From an uncultured Candidatus Rokubacteria bacterium (GTDB lineage: Bacteria; Methylomirabilota; Methylomirabilia; Rokubacteriales; CSP1-6), in assembly GCA_963762145.1 (NCBI GenBank), contig CAVXJS010000009.1:416001-480000 (forward strand): a DNA stretch of 64,000 nt. The letters are read 5' to 3'. This document shows positions 19,657 to 29,909 of this stretch, one piece after another. The notes beneath the pieces were generated by a model. That model was not told the DNA's origin. It made no database searches and saw only the letters and a program-made list of their open reading frames with translations. A program made the position numbers and the translations under genes. Each line of letters begins with the position of its first letter. Positions within the stretch are counted from its first letter, which is position 1.

Positions 19657-21369
19657 CTACTCGCTGGGCTCGGAGCCGCCCTCGCCGGATCGCGGCAGCG
19701 CCGCGCTCTGGCCGCGATCCAGCAGGCCGCGGGCCGCCTTGCCGACGTCGCCCGAGTCCACGCCGATCTCGCGCAGGAGCTGATCCACCAGCGGGGCCTG
19801 CGCCCGGAAGCGCAGCGCCGAGTTCACCACGCTGTCGGCGAACCCGCCGTTGCCTTCGCGCCCGTCGCCGCCGCGGCCTCCGCCTCCACCGAGCCCGTCC
19901 ACCTGCAGGATCTTGATCCCCTCGATGCGCTCCATCGGCTTCACGGACTCGCGGATGATGCCCTCCAGCTTGTCGATCAGCCGGATGCGCATCGCGGAGA
20001 TGCGCGCCTCCGGGGACAGCAGGTTCTGCGCCTCGTTCATCAGCCGGGTTCCTTCCGCCTCCACCTCGTTGCGGATGCGCGCCGCCATCGCGCGCACGCG
20101 CTCCGAGTCGGCGTACGCCTCCGCCTCCGCCCGCACCGCCGCGCCCCGGTCGCCCGCCGCCGCCTTCTCGGCCTCCGCGCCGATGCGGATCCGCAGCGCG
20201 TCCCGCTCCGCCTCCTGCTGCGCCCCGATCAGGTCGATGCGCTTGCGCCGCTCGGCCATCTCGGTCTCGCGCGCGGTGAACACGCGCTCTTCCTCGGACA
20301 CCGCCTTGGCCCGCGCCAGGTCGGCCGCGCCCTGCGCCTCGGACTGCGCCTTCGACTGCTCGGCCACCGCGATCGCGCGATGCTGCTCGGCCAGCTCGAC
20401 CGCCTGCCGCCGCCCGATCTCGAGCTGCTGCACCTCGCTCTCCTTGAGGATCCGCTCCTCCTCCACCGCCCGCTCCGAGGAGATGCGGGCCCGGTCCACC
20501 GCCTCCCGCGCCCCGATCTGGGCGCGCTCGGCCTCCTGCTCCTTCTCCGCGCGCTGGCGGGCCACGTCGGCCCGCTGGGACGCCCGCTGCATCTCGAGCT
20601 CGCGCTCCTGGGCCAGCCGCGCGTATTCGAGCTCGCGGTCGATGTCGAGCGCCTGGCGCTCGGTCTCCAGGTTCTTGTTGCGCACCTGGATCATGGTGTC
20701 CTGCTCGATGTCGTTGCGGATCTTCTTGCGCCGCTCGATCTGCTCGGTGAGCCGGGTGAGGCCCTCCGCGTCGAAGGCGTTGGACGGGTTGAAGAACTCC
20801 ATCGCGGTCTGGTCGAGCTGGGTGAGCGACACCGCCTCCAGCTCGAGGCCGTTCTGCAGCAGGTCGGCGGCCACCACGCCCTTCACCCGCTTCACGTACT
20901 CCCCGCGCTTCTCGTGCAGCTCCTCCATGGTCATCTCGGCGGCGACGGTGCGCAGCGCGTCCACGAACTTGCCCTCCACCAGCTCCTTCAGCGTCTCCGG
21001 CTCCAGCGTGCGCTGGCCCAGGGTCTGGGCCGCCGACGCGATGGCCTCCGGGCCCGCCTGCACGCGCACGTAGAACTCGGACACGACGTCCACCCGCATG
21101 CGGTCCTTGGTGATGAGGGCCTTGTCCCGCCCCCGCGACACCTCGAGCCGCAGCGTGTTCATGTTCACCGGCACCACCTCGTGCACGATCGGCAGCACGA
21201 AGGCCCCGCCGTTCATCACCACCTTCTGGCCCCCGAGGCCGGTGCGCACGAAGGCGCGCTCCTTCGACGAGCGCAGGTACAGCCAGTTCATCAGCCACAC
21301 GATGATCGCGACGATGATCGCCACGACCACGATTCCGAGTATTGCCGCCCCGAACTGTGCTCCAGTCAT
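19657..21369 (-). CDS. Flotillin/SPFH family protein (YqiK-like)
   Basis: N-terminal TM; AFVRTGLGG; FNPSNAFDAEGLT; AEA-rich coiled coil; KPMERIEGIKILQV. Confidence 0.93.
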   Translation of the reverse strand: MTGAQFGAAILGIVVVAIIVAIIVWLMNWLYLRSSKERAFVRTGLGGQKVVMNGGAFVLPIVHEVVPVNMNTLRLEVSRGRDKALITKDRMRVDVVSEFYVRVQAGPEAIASAAQTLGQRTLEPETLKELVEGKFVDALRTVAAEMTMEELHEKRGEYVKRVKGVVAADLLQNGLELEAVSLTQLDQTAMEFFNPSNAFDAEGLTRLTEQIERRKKIRNDIEQDTMIQVRNKNLETERQALDIDRELEYARLAQERELEMQRASQRADVARQRAEKEQEAERAQIGAREAVDRARISSERAVEEERILKESEVQQLEIGRRQAVELAEQHRAIAVAEQSKAQSEAQGAADLARAKAVSEEERVFTARETEMAERRKRIDLIGAQQEAERDALRIRIGAEAEKAAAGDRGAAVRAEAEAYADSERVRAMAARIRNEVEAEGTRLMNEAQNLLSPEARISAMRIRLIDKLEGIIRESVKPMERIEGIKILQVDGLGGGGGRGGDGREGNGGFADSVVNSALRFRAQAPLVDQLLREIGVDSGDVGKAARGLLDRGQSAALPRSGEGGSEPSE

Positions 21370-21397
21370 GACAGTCTCCTAGGTTGCTGCATGTCTC

Positions 21398-22228
21398 TCA
21401 CCGCCGGATCTTCTTGAACTTGCGGGTCGTCTCGGTCAGGGCCACTTCCGTGGGCAACCGCTCCATGCTGGAGGCGCCGTAGAATCCGTGGCACTGCCGG
21501 CAATTCTTCAGTATGTAGCGCGCGTCGGCCGGCCGGGCGATCGGCCCGCCGTGGCACAGCACGATGACGTCCCGGTTGACCGACCGGGCCGCGGCCGACC
21601 AGGCATCGACGAGCGGCACGCAATCCTTGAGCCTGGGCGCGGTCTCGGCGCCGATGGCCCCGCCGGTGGTGAGGCCCAGGTGGCAGACCACGATGTCGGC
21701 GCCCGCCTTGGCCATGTCCACCGCGTTCTGCTCGGAGAACACGTAGGGCGTGGTCAGCAGGTCGCGCTCGTGAGCGGCGCGGATCATCTCGACCTCGAGG
21801 CCGTAGCCCATGCCGGTCTCCTCGAGCTGGGCGCGGATCGTCCCGTCGAAGAGGCCCACCGTCGGGAAGTTCTGCACCCCCGAGAAGCCGAGCTCGATCA
21901 GCCGGCGCAGGAAGTCGTCGGTGATCATGAACGGGTCGGTGCCGTTCACCCCGGCCAGCACCGGCGTCCGCTTCACCACCGGCAGCACCTCGCGGGCCAT
22001 GTCGAGCACGATGTCGTTGGCGTTGCCGTAGGCCATGAGCCCAGCGAGCGAGCCACGGCCCGCCATCCGGTAGCGGCCCGAGTTGTAGATCACGATGAGG
22101 TCGATCCCGCCCGCCTCCTCGCACTTGGCCGAGAGCCCGGTGCCCGCGCCCCCGCCGATGATCGGCTCGCCGCGCCGGATCATGCTCCGGAACTTCTTGA
22201 GGCAGTCCTGACGGGAGATGCGGGGCAT
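21398..22228 (-). CDS. PEP-hydrolase-like TIM-barrel protein (Tm-1 C-terminal homolog)
   Basis: [17 protein letters not shown]; [16 protein letters not shown]; CHGGPI; [12 protein letters not shown]. Confidence 0.93.
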   Translation of the reverse strand: MPRISRQDCLKKFRSMIRRGEPIIGGGAGTGLSAKCEEAGGIDLIVIYNSGRYRMAGRGSLAGLMAYGNANDIVLDMAREVLPVVKRTPVLAGVNGTDPFMITDDFLRRLIELGFSGVQNFPTVGLFDGTIRAQLEETGMGYGLEVEMIRAAHERDLLTTPYVFSEQNAVDMAKAGADIVVCHLGLTTGGAIGAETAPRLKDCVPLVDAWSAAARSVNRDVIVLCHGGPIARPADARYILKNCRQCHGFYGASSMERLPTEVALTETTRKFKKIRR

Positions 22229-22236
22229 GGGCGCGC

Positions 22237-24528
22237 TCACCTCACCTGAGGCCGGGCCAGGGCGGGCTCGCCGACGATCTCGTCGAACGCGGCCACCAGG
22301 GCGTCGCAGAAGGCCTGGTCGTTGATGTTGTGCGGCAGCCGGATCAGCTTCCGGCGGGAGCCGGCCCGGAATCCCGTCGCGATCGCGTCGAACAGCGCCC
22401 GGTCCGCGGCGGGATCCCAGAATGCCTTGCCCGCCGCGTCGATCAGGGAGACGCCGCCCTCGGGGATCAGGAACCGCACGGGGCCTTCCATCCGGTTGAG
22501 CTTCTCGACGATGAAGCGGCCGATCCGGGCGCATTCCTCGGCGGTGGTGCGCATGAGCGTGACGTTGGGATTGTGCCGGTACAGGTTGCGCTCGCGGAAC
22601 TGGGCCGGCACCGTCTCCATGGCCCAGAAGTTCACCATGTCGAGCGCGCCGCACGAGCCCACGTAGGGCAGCCGCGTGCGGATGATCGAGTCCAGTCGCG
22701 CGGGCCCCGCGGAGAGGACGCCGCCCACGATCTCGTCCGCGATCTCGGTGGTGGTGACGTCGATCACCCCGGTCAGCAGGCCCGAGTCCACCAGCTTCTC
22801 CATGGATTGCCCGCCGGTGCCGGTGGCGTGGAAGACGAGGCAGTCGTACCGCTCCTCGAGGGCCTTGGTGACCGCCTGCACGCACGGCGTGGTGACCCCG
22901 AACTGGGTCAGCCCGATCGCGGGCTTGGCGCTCGACTCGCTGGCGAGCGCCCGCCCGTATCCGATCATGCCCGCGAGCGCGTGGGCCGCGTTGGCCAGCA
23001 CGCGCTCCGAGATGCGGTTGATGCCGGCCACGTCGGTGACCGAGTACATCATGCAGATGTCGGAGGGGCCGACGTACGGCTTCACGTCGCCGGAGGCCAC
23101 CGTCGAGACCATGACCTTGGGCAGGCCGATCGGGAGACCACGCATGGCGAGGGTGGCCAGCGCGGTGCCGCCGGAGCCGCCCGCGGAGATGAGGCCGCCC
23201 AGATCGCGCCGGCCGGCCACGAATCGCTCGAAGGCCACCGCCATCTCGCTGACCGCGGAGCCACGGTCGCCGGTGAAGACCGCGCGCTCGCCCTTCGGGT
23301 GATGCCGCGCGACCTCTCGAGGATGAATCATCGCGGGCGACGGCTTGCCGGAGGTCGCCAGATCCACCGTGACCGTCCGCAGGCCGAGCTTGTCCAGGCA
23401 GTTCCGCAGGAAGAACAGCTCGCGGCTCTTGGTGTCGAAGGTGCCCGCGATGTAGGCGGCCCGTCCGACGGTGGCGGCCACCGGGAACTCGACGACCCGC
23501 CCGGCCGGGCGACTGTCGGCCAGGGCCGCGGCCGCCCCGTCGAGCGACGGCACCGGCTCGCCCGGATCCGCGCGGCCGTCGATCAGGCGGTCGCGCGGGG
23601 CGCTCCGAGGGTCCGCGGCGTTCCACCGGGTGAACCCGCGCACCGCGCGCTCCGCGGGCGGCTCCGCCTCGGGGCCGGGCGCCGTCTCCACGTCGTCGCT
23701 CGACCGGCGCACCGTGTAGACGGTGACGGTGTCCGGCGCGTCTCCGGCCGCGGGCGCCGCGTCGGCCTCCGGCTCCTCGTCCACGCCCACCTTGACGCCG
23801 AGCAGGCGCTGCTGCAGATCGCGGTCGGCGGCCAGCTCGGCCGACGGCATCGAGCGCGCGATGCGGCCGTTGACCATCACGTCCACCGTGTCGGCCACGT
23901 CGATCGCCACCCCGAGGTTCTGCTCGATCAGCAGCACCGAGATCGAGCCGTCGGCGGCCAGCCGCTTCAGCATCTCGGCCACCTGCTGCACGATCACCGG
24001 CGCCAGGCCCTCGGTCGGCTCGTCCATCACGAGGAGGATCGGGTTGAACAGGAGCGCCCGCGCGATGGCGAGCATCTGCTGCTCGCCGCCGGACAGCTCG
24101 GCGCCCCCGTTGCCCTTCCGCTCCGCCAGCCGTGGGAAAGTCTGGTACACGCGGGCCGCCGTCCAGGGGCCGCTCGACCGGTCGCGGGACGCCAGGCGCA
24201 GGTGCTCGTCCACCGTCAGCGACGGCCACACGCGCCGGCCCTGCGGGACGTATCCGACGCCCCGGTCGGTGATCGCGTTGGGCGGCAGACCGAGGATCTC
24301 CTCGCCGTCCAGCCGCACGCTGCCCGCGGCCGGAACGAGCCCCGTGATCGCGTTGCACAGCGTGGTCTTGCCCATGCCGTTCTTGCCCACCACCGCGGTC
24401 ACCCCGTGGTCCAGGCGGAGGGAAACCTCCTGGAGCGCGTGCGCGCGGCCGTAGTACACGTCGAGCTTCTCGACGACCAGGATCGGCCCCGACGAGCGGG
24501 CCCGGCGCGCGCGGGAGAACCAGCGCAT
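22237..24528 (-). CDS. LivF-type ABC ATPase fused to Tm-1-like (UPF0261) domain
   Basis: [25 protein letters not shown]; then [36 protein letters not shown] in one frame. Confidence 0.92.
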   Translation of the reverse strand: MRWFSRARRARSSGPILVVEKLDVYYGRAHALQEVSLRLDHGVTAVVGKNGMGKTTLCNAITGLVPAAGSVRLDGEEILGLPPNAITDRGVGYVPQGRRVWPSLTVDEHLRLASRDRSSGPWTAARVYQTFPRLAERKGNGGAELSGGEQQMLAIARALLFNPILLVMDEPTEGLAPVIVQQVAEMLKRLAADGSISVLLIEQNLGVAIDVADTVDVMVNGRIARSMPSAELAADRDLQQRLLGVKVGVDEEPEADAAPAAGDAPDTVTVYTVRRSSDDVETAPGPEAEPPAERAVRGFTRWNAADPRSAPRDRLIDGRADPGEPVPSLDGAAAALADSRPAGRVVEFPVAATVGRAAYIAGTFDTKSRELFFLRNCLDKLGLRTVTVDLATSGKPSPAMIHPREVARHHPKGERAVFTGDRGSAVSEMAVAFERFVAGRRDLGGLISAGGSGGTALATLAMRGLPIGLPKVMVSTVASGDVKPYVGPSDICMMYSVTDVAGINRISERVLANAAHALAGMIGYGRALASESSAKPAIGLTQFGVTTPCVQAVTKALEERYDCLVFHATGTGGQSMEKLVDSGLLTGVIDVTTTEIADEIVGGVLSAGPARLDSIIRTRLPYVGSCGALDMVNFWAMETVPAQFRERNLYRHNPNVTLMRTTAEECARIGRFIVEKLNRMEGPVRFLIPEGGVSLIDAAGKAFWDPAADRALFDAIATGFRAGSRRKLIRLPHNINDQAFCDALVAAFDEIVGEPALARPQVR

Positions 24529-25319
24529 CAGTGGCGCGCGCCTCCGATGTAGATGGCCTGCACGTCGGCGTCGCCCTCGATCTGCGCGGGGGTGCCGTGC
24601 TTCAGCACGTGGCCGTCGTGCATCACGGTGACCTGCTCCACCACCCGCAACGCGACGTCCAGATCGTGCTCGATGATGATGAAGCTCATGTGGGCGGGGA
24701 GCGCGGTGAGCAGCGCGACCAGATCGCGCCGCTCGGCCGGGGAAAGCCCGGCGGCCGGCTCGTCGAACAGGATGAAGCGGGGCGCGCCTGCCAGCGCCAT
24801 GCCGATCTCGAGCTGGCGCTGCTGGCCGTGCGAGAGCGATGACACCGGCTGGTCGGCCACCGCCTCGAGCCGGACGCGGTGGAGCAGCTCCTCGGTGGCC
24901 AGGCGCGAGGGGTGCGCGGGGCGGGGCCGCAGGAAGCCGTAGCGCCCGCGCGCCACGCCGCGCACGGCCAGGAACAGATTGTCCCGCACCGTGAGATCGC
25001 GGAACAGGAGCGAGGACTGGTACGTGCGGCGCAGGCCCATGCGGATCCGCTCGTGGGGCGGCATCGCGGTCACGTCCTCGCCGAAGAAGCGAACCCGCCC
25101 CGCGGTGGGCGGAAAGTCACCCGTGATGGTGTTGAACAGGGTGGTCTTGCCGGCGCCGTTGGCGCCGATCAGGGCCCGGCGCTCCCCCGCCGCGACCGAG
25201 AACGAGACGTCCTCGATCGCGCGGAGGGCGCCGAAAGTTCGGGTGACGCCCTCGAGCACGAGGGCGTCACCCGTGTTGGTGGGCTGTCGCTGTGCCGTTC
25301 CCGGCTGAACCGGTGGCAT
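24528..25319 (-). CDS. LivG-type ABC ATPase
   Basis: GANGAGKT; LSHGQQRQ; FDEPAAGL. Confidence 0.92.
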   Translation of the reverse strand: MPPVQPGTAQRQPTNTGDALVLEGVTRTFGALRAIEDVSFSVAAGERRALIGANGAGKTTLFNTITGDFPPTAGRVRFFGEDVTAMPPHERIRMGLRRTYQSSLLFRDLTVRDNLFLAVRGVARGRYGFLRPRPAHPSRLATEELLHRVRLEAVADQPVSSLSHGQQRQLEIGMALAGAPRFILFDEPAAGLSPAERRDLVALLTALPAHMSFIIIEHDLDVALRVVEQVTVMHDGHVLKHGTPAQIEGDADVQAIYIGGARH

Positions 25320-25329
25320 CCTGCTTAGA

Positions 25330-25361
25330 ATTGGGGGGAGCGGCGGCGCTCCTCCCCCAAT
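25330..25361. repeat. Intergenic G/C-tract hairpin (possible third REP-like family)
   Basis: ATTGGGGGGAGCG-GCGG-CGCTCCTCCCCCAAT; single copy in window. Confidence 0.4.
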
Positions 25362-25441
25362 CCCCCCCACCGCATTTTTCAGCTGCGTTCATGTGTCGAT
25401 TGTTCCGCGTGTTCTTCCTGGTTCTCCTGCCGTTGTCTTCC

Positions 25442-26701
25442 CTACGGGCAGTTGGGGACGTCGCGGGAGCCGAGGCCGACCTTGTCGAACTCGGCCTTGG
25501 ACATGCCGAGACGCTGGTTGACGCCGGGCACCACCTTGACGACCTTGTTGTAGAACTCGCCGTCGGAGGCCTTGGCGACCTCGGTGACGAACGTGGTGCC
25601 GATGGCCTGGCGATTCTCGTCCAGGGTCACCTCGCCGGTCGGGGTCTTGAGCTTCAGATTCTTGAGCGCCTCGCGGTACTTCGCCTGGCCGCCCGAGAGA
25701 TCGCCCTTCACCGCGTCCAGCCCGTCGAGCGCCGCCTTCATGTTGATGTAGTACACGTAGGCGAAGAGCGAGGGGCTCGGGAAGCCGTCCTTGTAGCTCT
25801 CCTTGTAGTCGGCGACGAACTTCTTCCACTCGGCCCCCTCGTACCGGTCGGCGATGGGGCCGGCCGACGGCGTGCCGAGCAGGGACTCGCGCCGCTTGCC
25901 CTTGAAGTTCAGCACCGTCTGATCCACCGTGATCGAGCCGCCCACCATCGGCTTGCTGCCGCCCGCCTGCTCGTACTGGGTGAGGAAGTTCACCGCGTCC
26001 GCGCCGCCCAGGACCACCAGCAGCGCGTCCACGTCACCGGGGAGCTTCGCGATGACGGAGGAGTAGTCCTTGCCGCCGAGCGGAACCCACGCCTTGTGGG
26101 TGACCTTCCCCCCCGCCTTGCAGTACTCGGTCATGAAACCCTGCACCTGGGAGTACGGGAACGCGTAATCCTCCGCGATGAGCGCCATCTTCTTGTAGTT
26201 CTTGGTCTTGTAGGCGTAGTCGCCGAGGCCCACCATCCACTGGGCGCCCTCGGTGTTGAAGCGGAAGAAGTTGGGCGACGGGTCCTGCAGCGTGGTGGCC
26301 TGGGCGCCCGAGGAGCCGTTGATGAACGTGATGCCGGGCTGCGTCTTGGAGTAGTTCTTGACCGCGATGCCCTCGGAGCCGGAGAGCGGGCCGACCATGA
26401 TGTCGACCTTGTCCTGCTCCACCAGCTTCCGGGTGGCGTTGACCGCCACGTCCGGCTTGGCGTCCGACGAGGCCTTGATGATCTCGATCTTCCGGCCCGC
26501 CACCGTGCCGGCGCGCTCCTTCACCGCGAGCTCGGCCCCGCGCATGCCGTCCTGCCCACCCGCCGCGAACGGGCCTTCGAGCGTGGCGAGCAGGCCGATC
26601 TTGACTGCCGGCGCCTGGGCGGTCGCGCCCCCGGCGACGACGCCGGCCAGCATCGCCGCGCCCGCCGCCGTCCACAGTAGCCGCCTCGTGAGTGACTTCA
26701 T
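25442..26701 (-). CDS. Liv-type ABC substrate-binding protein
   Basis: GAGGAGG RBS; signal with RR; VKIGLLATLEGPF; VGPLSGSEG. Confidence 0.92.
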   Translation of the reverse strand: MKSLTRRLLWTAAGAAMLAGVVAGGATAQAPAVKIGLLATLEGPFAAGGQDGMRGAELAVKERAGTVAGRKIEIIKASSDAKPDVAVNATRKLVEQDKVDIMVGPLSGSEGIAVKNYSKTQPGITFINGSSGAQATTLQDPSPNFFRFNTEGAQWMVGLGDYAYKTKNYKKMALIAEDYAFPYSQVQGFMTEYCKAGGKVTHKAWVPLGGKDYSSVIAKLPGDVDALLVVLGGADAVNFLTQYEQAGGSKPMVGGSITVDQTVLNFKGKRRESLLGTPSAGPIADRYEGAEWKKFVADYKESYKDGFPSPSLFAYVYYINMKAALDGLDAVKGDLSGGQAKYREALKNLKLKTPTGEVTLDENRQAIGTTFVTEVAKASDGEFYNKVVKVVPGVNQRLGMSKAEFDKVGLGSRDVPNCP

Positions 26702-27879
26702 TGTCCCCTCCTCCTCTGGGTTAGTGCGGCCCCGGGGCCGCGGTGGAACTGCGCCTGCAGCGATCGCCGACCCTGCGCCCACCAGCCGAGCAGGCCGTCG
26801 GTCGAGAACAGCACGATGACGAGGAACACAGCACCGATCAGCAGGTTGAAGCGCTCCCGGCCGACCAGATCGACCGCGAAGTTCTGCAGCAGCACGAACA
26901 CGATGGCGCCGATGAACGGGCCGATCGGATGGCGCATCCCGCCCAGCACCGCGATGATCAATATGTTGATCAGCCAGCTCGTGCCCACCGAGCCGGGCGA
27001 GACCAGGCCGTTGTACCAGACCATCAGGATGCCGCCCACCGCCGCGATGAGTCCGGCCACCGCGTAGGCGGCCACCCGGTGCGCGGTGACGTTGAAGCCC
27101 AGCGCGCTCATCCGCCGCGGGTTGTCGCGGATGCCCTGCAGCGCGACGCCGAATGGCGCGCGCAGCAGGTAGGACACGAAGAAGTAGCCCGCCAGCGACC
27201 AGAAGAGCGCCAGGTAGTAGAAGGTGGTCGGGGCGCGCAGCTCCACGCCTCCCACCGCGGGCGTCATCACGCTCTGGAAGCCCTGGAAGCCGTTGAACAG
27301 CGAGTAGTTCTGCTGGGCGAGGTAGTAGAAGGCCACCCCGATCGCCAGCGTGATCATGATCGTGTAGATGCCCTCGGTGCGCACCGAGAACCAGCCGATG
27401 AGCGTCCCGCACACCGTCGCGATCACGAGCGCGAGGGCGACCGCGAGCCCCCAGGGCCAGCGCAGGCTGATGTCGGTGCCGCTCGTGGCGAAGATCGCGT
27501 ACATGTATCCCGCGATGCCCGCGACCGTCATCTGAGCCAGCGAGACCATGCCGCCGTAGCCGGCCAGGAACGTCAGCGAGAGCGCGATGAGCCCCAGAGC
27601 GAGCGCCTGCGCACCGATCTGATAGGTGAAGAACGGCGTGGCCACCCACGGATAGATCAGCACCGCCAGCAGCACCAGCACGTGCCGCGCCCCCACCCGC
27701 CGTCCCACCCACCGCGCCCATCCCGCCGCGGACACTTCCCCCTCTCCCCTCAGGGGAGAGGGCCGGGGTGAGGGGCGGGTCGAATCGCGCACGGCCCCGC
27801 GGCGGCCCGCGACTCCGGCGTTCCACGCGTACCGCCCCGCCCCCGCGTTCATCGCCTTCCGCCAGTCGGCCGCGCTCAC
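26698..27879 (-). CDS. LivM-type ABC permease
   Basis: GYGGMVSLAQ; GIYTIMITLA; GIRDNPRRM; VLGG. Confidence 0.9.
   Translation of the reverse strand: MSAADWRKAMNAGAGRYAWNAGVAGRRGAVRDSTRPSPRPSPLRGEGEVSAAGWARWVGRRVGARHVLVLLAVLIYPWVATPFFTYQIGAQALALGLIALSLTFLAGYGGMVSLAQMTVAGIAGYMYAIFATSGTDISLRWPWGLAVALALVIATVCGTLIGWFSVRTEGIYTIMITLAIGVAFYYLAQQNYSLFNGFQGFQSVMTPAVGGVELRAPTTFYYLALFWSLAGYFFVSYLLRAPFGVALQGIRDNPRRMSALGFNVTAHRVAAYAVAGLIAAVGGILMVWYNGLVSPGSVGTSWLINILIIAVLGGMRHPIGPFIGAIVFVLLQNFAVDLVGRERFNLLIGAVFLVIVLFSTDGLLGWWAQGRRSLQAQFHRGPGAALTQRRRGQ
27736..27775 (-). repeat. CCCTCACC..CCCTCTCCCCTGAGGGGAGAGGG palindromic repeat inside the livM-like 5' region
   Basis: Near-identical to 42496-42533. Confidence 0.8.
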
Positions 27880-28787
27880 GTCCGCCTCCCGAGAATGCCC
27901 TGCGGCCGGAACGCGAGGACGAGCGCCATGATGACGAAGGTGAACACCACGCTGTAGGTGGGCGCGTAGGCGAGCCCGAACTGCTCCGCGACCCCGATGA
28001 GGATCGCCCCGATCGCCGCGCCGACGACGCTCCCCATGCCGCCCACGATGACCACCACGAGCGAGGCGAGCTGGTAGCGCGTGTCCTCACCCGGCGCGAT
28101 CGACAGCGCGGTGCCGCCGACCACCCCCGCGAAGCCGGCCAGGCCCGCGCCGATCGCGAAGGTGACCGCGAACACGAACTGCACGTTGACGCCGGCGGCG
28201 GCCAGCATCGCGCGGTCGTCCACCCCGGCCCGGATCATCATGCCCACCCGGGTCCGATTGAGGAACCACCAGAGGAGGATGCCGATCGCGGCCGACATCG
28301 CGAGCAGCACCAGCCGGTAGGTCGGGTAGACCTGCACGATCGGCAGCACGGTGCGGCCGAAGATCGCGGGAGGCGGATCGAACTGGTAGATCTCGCCCCC
28401 GAACATCCAGAGCAGGACGTCCGCCATCATGATGGCGATGCCGATGGTCACCAGGGTCTGGCGCAGGTCCTCGCCGTGCATGAAGCGGAACACCGCCACC
28501 TGGAGGATCAGGCCGAGCAGGGCCGCGCTCGCGAAGCCGGCCGCCACCGCCAACAGCCAGGAGCCGGTCCGGTCGCCCACCACGTAGCCCACGTAGGCGC
28601 CCAGCAGGTAGAGCGAGCCGTGGGCGAGGTTGACGTTGCGCATGAGGCCGAAGACGAGCGTGAAGCCGCTCGCAACGAGGAAGTAGAGCGCGGCGAGCGT
28701 CAGCCCGTTCATGCCGGTGGTCAGGAAGAGCTTGGGATTGTCCGCGAGCCCCCACACCACGAACGCGGCGGTGGGCACGCCGATCAC
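27876..28787 (-). CDS. LivH-type ABC permease (possible CTG start at 28820)
   Basis: SGFTLVFGLMRNVNLAHG; VIVGGMGS. Confidence 0.9.
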   Translation of the reverse strand: MIGVPTAAFVVWGLADNPKLFLTTGMNGLTLAALYFLVASGFTLVFGLMRNVNLAHGSLYLLGAYVGYVVGDRTGSWLLAVAAGFASAALLGLILQVAVFRFMHGEDLRQTLVTIGIAIMMADVLLWMFGGEIYQFDPPPAIFGRTVLPIVQVYPTYRLVLLAMSAAIGILLWWFLNRTRVGMMIRAGVDDRAMLAAAGVNVQFVFAVTFAIGAGLAGFAGVVGGTALSIAPGEDTRYQLASLVVVIVGGMGSVVGAAIGAILIGVAEQFGLAYAPTYSVVFTFVIMALVLAFRPQGILGRRT

Positions 28788-28832
28788 CAGACTCCAGAAC
28801 CACCGCCAGAAGGGGGACAGGGGCCGCTTTCC

Positions 28833-29618
28833 TTAGATGCGCTGCGCGTAGAAGCGCCGCAGCAGGTCGTCACACTCGTCGGGCTTCTCGACCATGGTCC
28901 AGTGCCCGCAGCGGGGCAGCACCATCACCCGCGCGCCGCGGATCCGCTCGCCGATCTGGCGCACCGCCTGCGCGGGCGCGATCGCGTCCTCGTCGCCGGT
29001 GACCAGCAGCGTGGGGCACTCGATCCCGCCCACCTCCACCGCCTGGGCTCCCGCGAGCGCCTCGCAGGAGCGGGCGTAGCCGTCCGGGCACTGGCGCATC
29101 ACCAGCTCCCGCACCGCCGCCACCGCTACCGGGCGGCGTGTCCGCGTCTCGGTCGAGATCGCCCCCTGCACCAGCCCGTCGGCGATGGCCTGCATGCCCG
29201 CCTCCCCTTCCACGCGCGCCTTCTCTCCCCGCGCCCGGATACCCGGCCGCGCGGTGTCGGGCGGGCACACCAGCGGGCCGAAGAGGGCCAAGCTCCGCAC
29301 CAGCCGCGGCGCCGCGATCGCCATGTGAAAAGCGATGATCGTCCCGAGGGAATGGGCGGCCACGTGCACGCGCTCCAGGCCCAGCGCCGCGCACACGCGC
29401 TGCATCGCCTGGACGAACCGCTCGATCGAGAGCGGCCCCTCCACCCGGTGCGAGCGGCCCGAGCCTGGCAGGTCCGGCCGGATCGTCCGATGGCGGCTCA
29501 TCGCGGGCAGGACCGGGGTCCACACGTTGGAGGTGCCGCCGAGGCCGTGGATCATGAGCACCGCCTCGCCGCTCCCGTCGGTCTCGACGGCCATGCGCTC
29601 GACGAACTGCGTGCTCAC
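28833..29618 (-). CDS. Alpha/beta hydrolase (enol-lactonase-like)
   Basis: IHGLGG; AHSLG nucleophile; GDED; CGHW. Confidence 0.9.
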   Translation of the reverse strand: MSTQFVERMAVETDGSGEAVLMIHGLGGTSNVWTPVLPAMSRHRTIRPDLPGSGRSHRVEGPLSIERFVQAMQRVCAALGLERVHVAAHSLGTIIAFHMAIAAPRLVRSLALFGPLVCPPDTARPGIRARGEKARVEGEAGMQAIADGLVQGAISTETRTRRPVAVAAVRELVMRQCPDGYARSCEALAGAQAVEVGGIECPTLLVTGDEDAIAPAQAVRQIGERIRGARVMVLPRCGHWTMVEKPDECDDLLRRFYAQRI

Positions 29619-29749
29619 TTGGCGACGGGGGCGCACCCGAGGATGTGCTCCTCGGTGGGCATGCGCTGGCGGGCCCCGCGCGCGATCCGCGAGATGCGGT
29701 TGCCGGTCCCGTCGAAGATCCGGACGTTCGTGAACAGCACGCTGGTCAT
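29615..29749 (-). pseudogene. 44-aa relic of a metal-dependent amidohydrolase
   Basis: AGGAGG RBS; MTSVLFTNVRIFDGTG-NRISRI-QRMPTEEHIL resemble separated amidohydrolase segments; no HxH. Confidence 0.65.
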
Positions 29750-29821
29750 GCCGCCCTCCTGGCCGGGAGCGGCGCCGCCGCGGATCGAGGGCTGCGCGGC
29801 GGTGGGCAGCTCCGGTTTCCA

Positions 29822-29879
29822 TGAGACACCTGTCTCACGCGAGTGGGCCATACTAGAAAATGCCGTGCCCTCTTGTCAA
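29822..29879 (-). promoter_or_regulatory. Sigma70 promoter TTGACA-N18-TAGTAT with downstream operator TGAGACA-N2-TGTCTCA
   Basis: -35 at 29879-29874, -10 at 29855-29850, perfect inverted repeat at 29822-29837; divergent TetR gene. Confidence 0.75.
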
Positions 29880-29909
29880 CCGGCATTCCCGCGCTCACAG
29901 TAGCGCACC

